Part shown: positions 61,359 to 64,000 of the stretch, piece after piece
Layout: every line of letters begins with the position of its first letter
Numbering within the stretch: position 1 is the stretch's first letter
Source: Tagaea sp.
GTDB lineage: Bacteria; Pseudomonadota; Alphaproteobacteria; CACIAM-22H2
Length of the DNA: 64,000 bases
Direction of reading: 5' to 3'
Assembly: GCA_965279525.1 (NCBI GenBank)
Contig: CBDIIB010000005.1
Location: 1,727,018-1,791,017, forward strand
Position numbers and translations under genes: made by a program
Notes under the pieces: generated by a model
Database searches by the model: none
Told to the model about the DNA's origin: nothing
The model's input: the letters and a program-made list of their open reading frames with translations, nothing else

Positions 61359-62159
61359 TCATAGCGAGAAGCGCTCGCCCAGATAGACGCGTCGCACGTC
61401 CGACGACGCGACGATCTGCTCGGGCGTGCCGCCCATCAGGACCTGCCCGTCATGCAGGATGTAGGCGCGATCCACGATCTCGAGCGTCTCGCGCACGTTG
61501 TGGTCGGTGATCAGCACGCCGATGCCGCGGTCCTTCAGGTGGCTGACGAGATCGCGGATGTCGCCGACGGCGATCGGATCGATGCCGGCGAGCGGCTCGT
61601 CGAGCAGCACGAAGTGCGGCTGGGAGGCGAGGGCCCGCGCGATCTCCACGCGCCGGCGCTCGCCGCCCGAGAGGGCGAGAGCCGGGGCCCGGCGCAGATG
61701 CGTGATCGAGAATTCGGCGAGGAGTTCGTCGAGCACGGTCTCGCGCCGGTCGCGGTTGGGCTCGATGAGCTCGAGCACCGCGCGCACGTTCTGTTCGACG
61801 GTGAGGCCGCGGAAGATCGAGGTCTCCTGCGGCAGGTAGCCGATCCCCAGCCGCGCGCGCCGGTACATCGGCAGGTCTGTGATGTCCACGCCGTCGAGCT
61901 GGATCGAGCCGAAGTCCGGCGTGACGAGGCCGGTGATCATGTAGAAGCACGTCGTCTTGCCCGCCCCGTTGGGGCCGAGCAGGCCGACCGCTTCGCCGCG
62001 CTGGACGCTGATCGATACTTCGCGCACGACCGGCCGGCCCTTGTAGCGCTTGCCGATCTTGTGGACGACGAGGCCCGGATTGTCGGCGACGACGCGCAGC
62101 TTCGATTCCGCCGCCGGGGCGGGCGTGGCCGTGCGCACGGGATGCGGACGGTCGGTCAT
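61359..62159 (-). CDS. lptB: LPS export ABC transporter ATP-binding protein
   Basis: 266 aa. Walker A GPNGAGKTT, signature LSGGERRRVEIARAL, Walker B VLLDEP. The long in-frame upstream extension is non-coding-like. Confidence 0.93.
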   Translation of the reverse strand: MTDRPHPVRTATPAPAAESKLRVVADNPGLVVHKIGKRYKGRPVVREVSISVQRGEAVGLLGPNGAGKTTCFYMITGLVTPDFGSIQLDGVDITDLPMYRRARLGIGYLPQETSIFRGLTVEQNVRAVLELIEPNRDRRETVLDELLAEFSITHLRRAPALALSGGERRRVEIARALASQPHFVLLDEPLAGIDPIAVGDIRDLVSHLKDRGIGVLITDHNVRETLEIVDRAYILHDGQVLMGGTPEQIVASSDVRRVYLGERFSL

Positions 62160-63061
62160 TGCCGGGGCCGTCCCTGCTGGGCCTGCTGGGGTACCAGCAG
62201 GCCGCGCACGCGCCCGTCGCCGCCTTCGGCCGGGCGCGCCAGCAGGCGCGAGATGCCGGTGTTCGTGTTGACCTCGGCGAAGTCGCCGGCCATCTGGTTG
62301 TCGCCGCGCGTCAGCTTCACGTTGCCGGCGAGCTGGGCGATGCCGGTCAGCATGTTGTAGATGCCGCGGTCGCCGCGCGCGATCTCGGTCGGCGTCGAGA
62401 CATGCACGTTGCCGAACGCCTCGATGCGCGACAGGCGCTGGTCGCCGCCGGATGCGGGTGCGGGCGCCGGCGCGTTGCGCTGTGCGGACCGCGCGTTGCG
62501 CGCCGGCGGGGCGGCGGGCCGTGCCGCGGCCGGCTGGGCTTGCGTGAAGTGGGCGGTCATCACGTCGGCGGACATGCGCCGGTCGGCCGAGACGACCATC
62601 GCGTTGCCGCGCGCCACGGCGATCTCGCGCGCGGCCCAGTATTCGAGCGTGTCGCGCGCGGTCAGCGTGTCGGTCGGCGTGGTCATGCGCAGCGCCTTGC
62701 CGGTCACGACGACGACTTCGCTCGTCACGTCGTAGACGCCGCGGTCGCCCTCGACCGTCTGCGTGGGCGTCGTGAACTTGACGTTGCCGAGCGCTTCGTA
62801 GCGGAAGATCTCGGTGCCGCCGGTCGCGGCCGGGCGATACCAGGCGACCAGCCGGTCGCCGCGCACGGTCGTGTCGCCCTGGCGGGCGACCGCGTCGCCG
62901 GTCGCGATGTAGCGCTGCGCGTCGCGGTCCCACTCGATGCCGTTGCTGGCGGTGATCTCGATCGGAGCACCGGAGCCGCCGCGCCCGATATCGAGCGCCT
63001 GCGCCAGCAGCGTTGCCGGCAATGTGGCGAGAAGGGCGATGGCGGCGAAAAGGGATTTCAT
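62156..63061 (-). CDS. lptA: LPS transport periplasmic protein LptA (OstA-like, extended)
   Basis: About 301 aa from MKSLFAAIALLATLPATLLAQA. OstA-like beta-jellyroll repeats with an Ala/Pro-rich internal linker. Stop overlaps the lptB start. Start coordinate is accurate to about 1 nt. Confidence 0.8.
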   Translation of the reverse strand: MKSLFAAIALLATLPATLLAQALDIGRGGSGAPIEITASNGIEWDRDAQRYIATGDAVARQGDTTVRGDRLVAWYRPAATGGTEIFRYEALGNVKFTTPTQTVEGDRGVYDVTSEVVVVTGKALRMTTPTDTLTARDTLEYWAAREIAVARGNAMVVSADRRMSADVMTAHFTQAQPAAARPAAPPARNARSAQRNAPAPAPASGGDQRLSRIEAFGNVHVSTPTEIARGDRGIYNMLTGIAQLAGNVKLTRGDNQMAGDFAEVNTNTGISRLLARPAEGGDGRVRGLLVPQQAQQGRPRQ

Positions 63062-63852
63062 CGGCGGGGCCCCATCTGCGGCGGCGGCGGAGCCTGCTGG
63101 GCCGTCTGCGGGCCCGACGGCACGTTGCGCGGCATGGGGAACAGCACGATGCGCGACTTGCCCGTCACCTCGACGCGTGCGCCGCGATCGAGGATGCGGA
63201 AGCCCGTGCCGCTCAGCTGCGAGTTCGGCCCCTGGCCCTGCACGGGAAGGTCGCCCTGCGCCATGCCGCGATCGAGATCGATGCGCGCGCGCTCGGTGGT
63301 GATCTCGTAGCCGCCGTCGTGATAGAGGCTGACCGCACCCCAGAGATCGAGCGCTTTTTCCGCCTGCTGGTAGACCCCGTGGTCGGCCGTCATCGCCAGC
63401 CACGTGCCCGAGGCCATCGCGAGATCGCCCTGCGGCGAGGCAAGATCGGTCGTGTCGGACGAGCCCTTGGCCTGCGTGGCCTGCTCGGCGACGATCGTGA
63501 AAGGCTGGTTGCGCTCGTCGACGCCGACATAGCGCGGCTGGACCATGCGCAGGTTCTCGAGATCCTCGATCGACACCTGCACGGGGGCGAGCCGGAAGCG
63601 CGGATCGAGCGGATTGAACTGCGGCCACAGCAGCACGAGGGCCGCGATGCCCATCGCCGCCGCCGGCAGCACGAACTTCATCAGGCCGACGAGCTGGCTG
63701 TAGAGCTGGTTGTGCGCGCGCGGCGTGCCGGGGGCGAGCACGGCCAGGCGCGCGCGGCGCGACGGCACGTCGTCCTCGCCCGGACGCGCGACTGACACCG
63801 GCACGGGCCGCGGCGGAACCAGACCGTCGTCGCGCAGCGGATCGCTCGCCAT
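63058..63852 (-). CDS. lptC: LPS export system protein LptC
   Basis: About 264 aa from MASDPLRDDG. N-terminal TM anchor (FVLPAAAMGIAALVLL) and LptC-family periplasmic domain. Conserved position between kdsD and lptA. Confidence 0.75.
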   Translation of the reverse strand: MASDPLRDDGLVPPRPVPVSVARPGEDDVPSRRARLAVLAPGTPRAHNQLYSQLVGLMKFVLPAAAMGIAALVLLWPQFNPLDPRFRLAPVQVSIEDLENLRMVQPRYVGVDERNQPFTIVAEQATQAKGSSDTTDLASPQGDLAMASGTWLAMTADHGVYQQAEKALDLWGAVSLYHDGGYEITTERARIDLDRGMAQGDLPVQGQGPNSQLSGTGFRILDRGARVEVTGKSRIVLFPMPRNVPSGPQTAQQAPPPPQMGPRR

Positions 63853-64000
63853 CAGGCGACCCCCGCGCGCAGCAGGTCGTGGATATGCACGATGCCCACG
63901 GGCCGGCGCCGCTTGCCTTGCGTCTCGCACGCGAACAGCGCCGTGATCTGGTGGGTGTTCATCAGGTTGAGCGCTTCGGCCGCCAGCGTGTCGGGGGCGA
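63849..64000 (-). CDS. kdsD: arabinose-5-phosphate isomerase KdsD/KpsF, C-terminal end only (partial, continues beyond window)
   Basis: C-terminal CBS-domain sequence ...DTLAAEALNLMNTHQITALFACETQGKRRRPVGIVHIHDLLRAGVA*. Stop overlaps the lptC ATG. Confidence 0.6.

Overview
This window is high-GC (about 70%) alphaproteobacterial chromosome, mostly conserved housekeeping and signalling genes on both strands. No CRISPR array, transposase, integrase or rRNA gene was seen.

In order along the window:
- **Flagellar and chemotaxis start:** fliO and fliP, a methyl-accepting chemotaxis protein, then acetyl-CoA synthetase, a Rieske protein translationally coupled to an EVE-domain protein, and gpsA.
- **Riboflavin and haem block:** a RibH2-type lumazine synthase behind an unannotated FMN riboswitch, tsaD, then hemC, a hemD ORF that runs without a stop into a HemX/Mic60-like membrane protein, and a HemY-like TPR protein.
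- **Accessory-looking stretch:** two co-transcribed uncharacterized proteins (369 and 476 aa), then SnoaL-like, DUF423 and SDR genes. A tRNA-Thr(CGT) follows, with a roughly 50% GC, 0.8-kb islet carrying one ORFan and a solitary FlgE-like gene beside it.
- **Two-component and c-di-GMP signalling:** several histidine kinases, fliG, and a PAS kinase to CheY-like receiver to receiver-GGDEF-EAL operon.
- **Kinase-like module:** a membrane-anchored Ser/Thr-kinase-like protein with HRA in place of the catalytic HRD, flanked by two small uncharacterized partners.
- **Conserved middle block:** a DUF3095 protein and a second SDR (upstream of the kinase-like module), then an AlaX-type editing protein, a ferritin-like di-iron protein, an Fe3+-type ABC importer, rppH, a divergent polysaccharide deacetylase and ctpA.
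- **Frameshift cluster, 47.1-56.9 kb:** seven frameshifts in five genes: an EnvC-like M23 peptidase (two), gpmI, a CpxRA-like response regulator and kinase next to an intact CpxP-like gene, and a carbamoyltransferase (two). The carbamoyltransferase sits with SxtJ-like and unannotated DUF5989 (SxtK-like) small proteins.
- **End of window:** an hsp20 with a structured ROSE-like 5'UTR and a DUF1150 partner, then the conserved ptsN-hpf-rpoN-lptB-lptA-lptC-kdsD cluster, the last gene partial.
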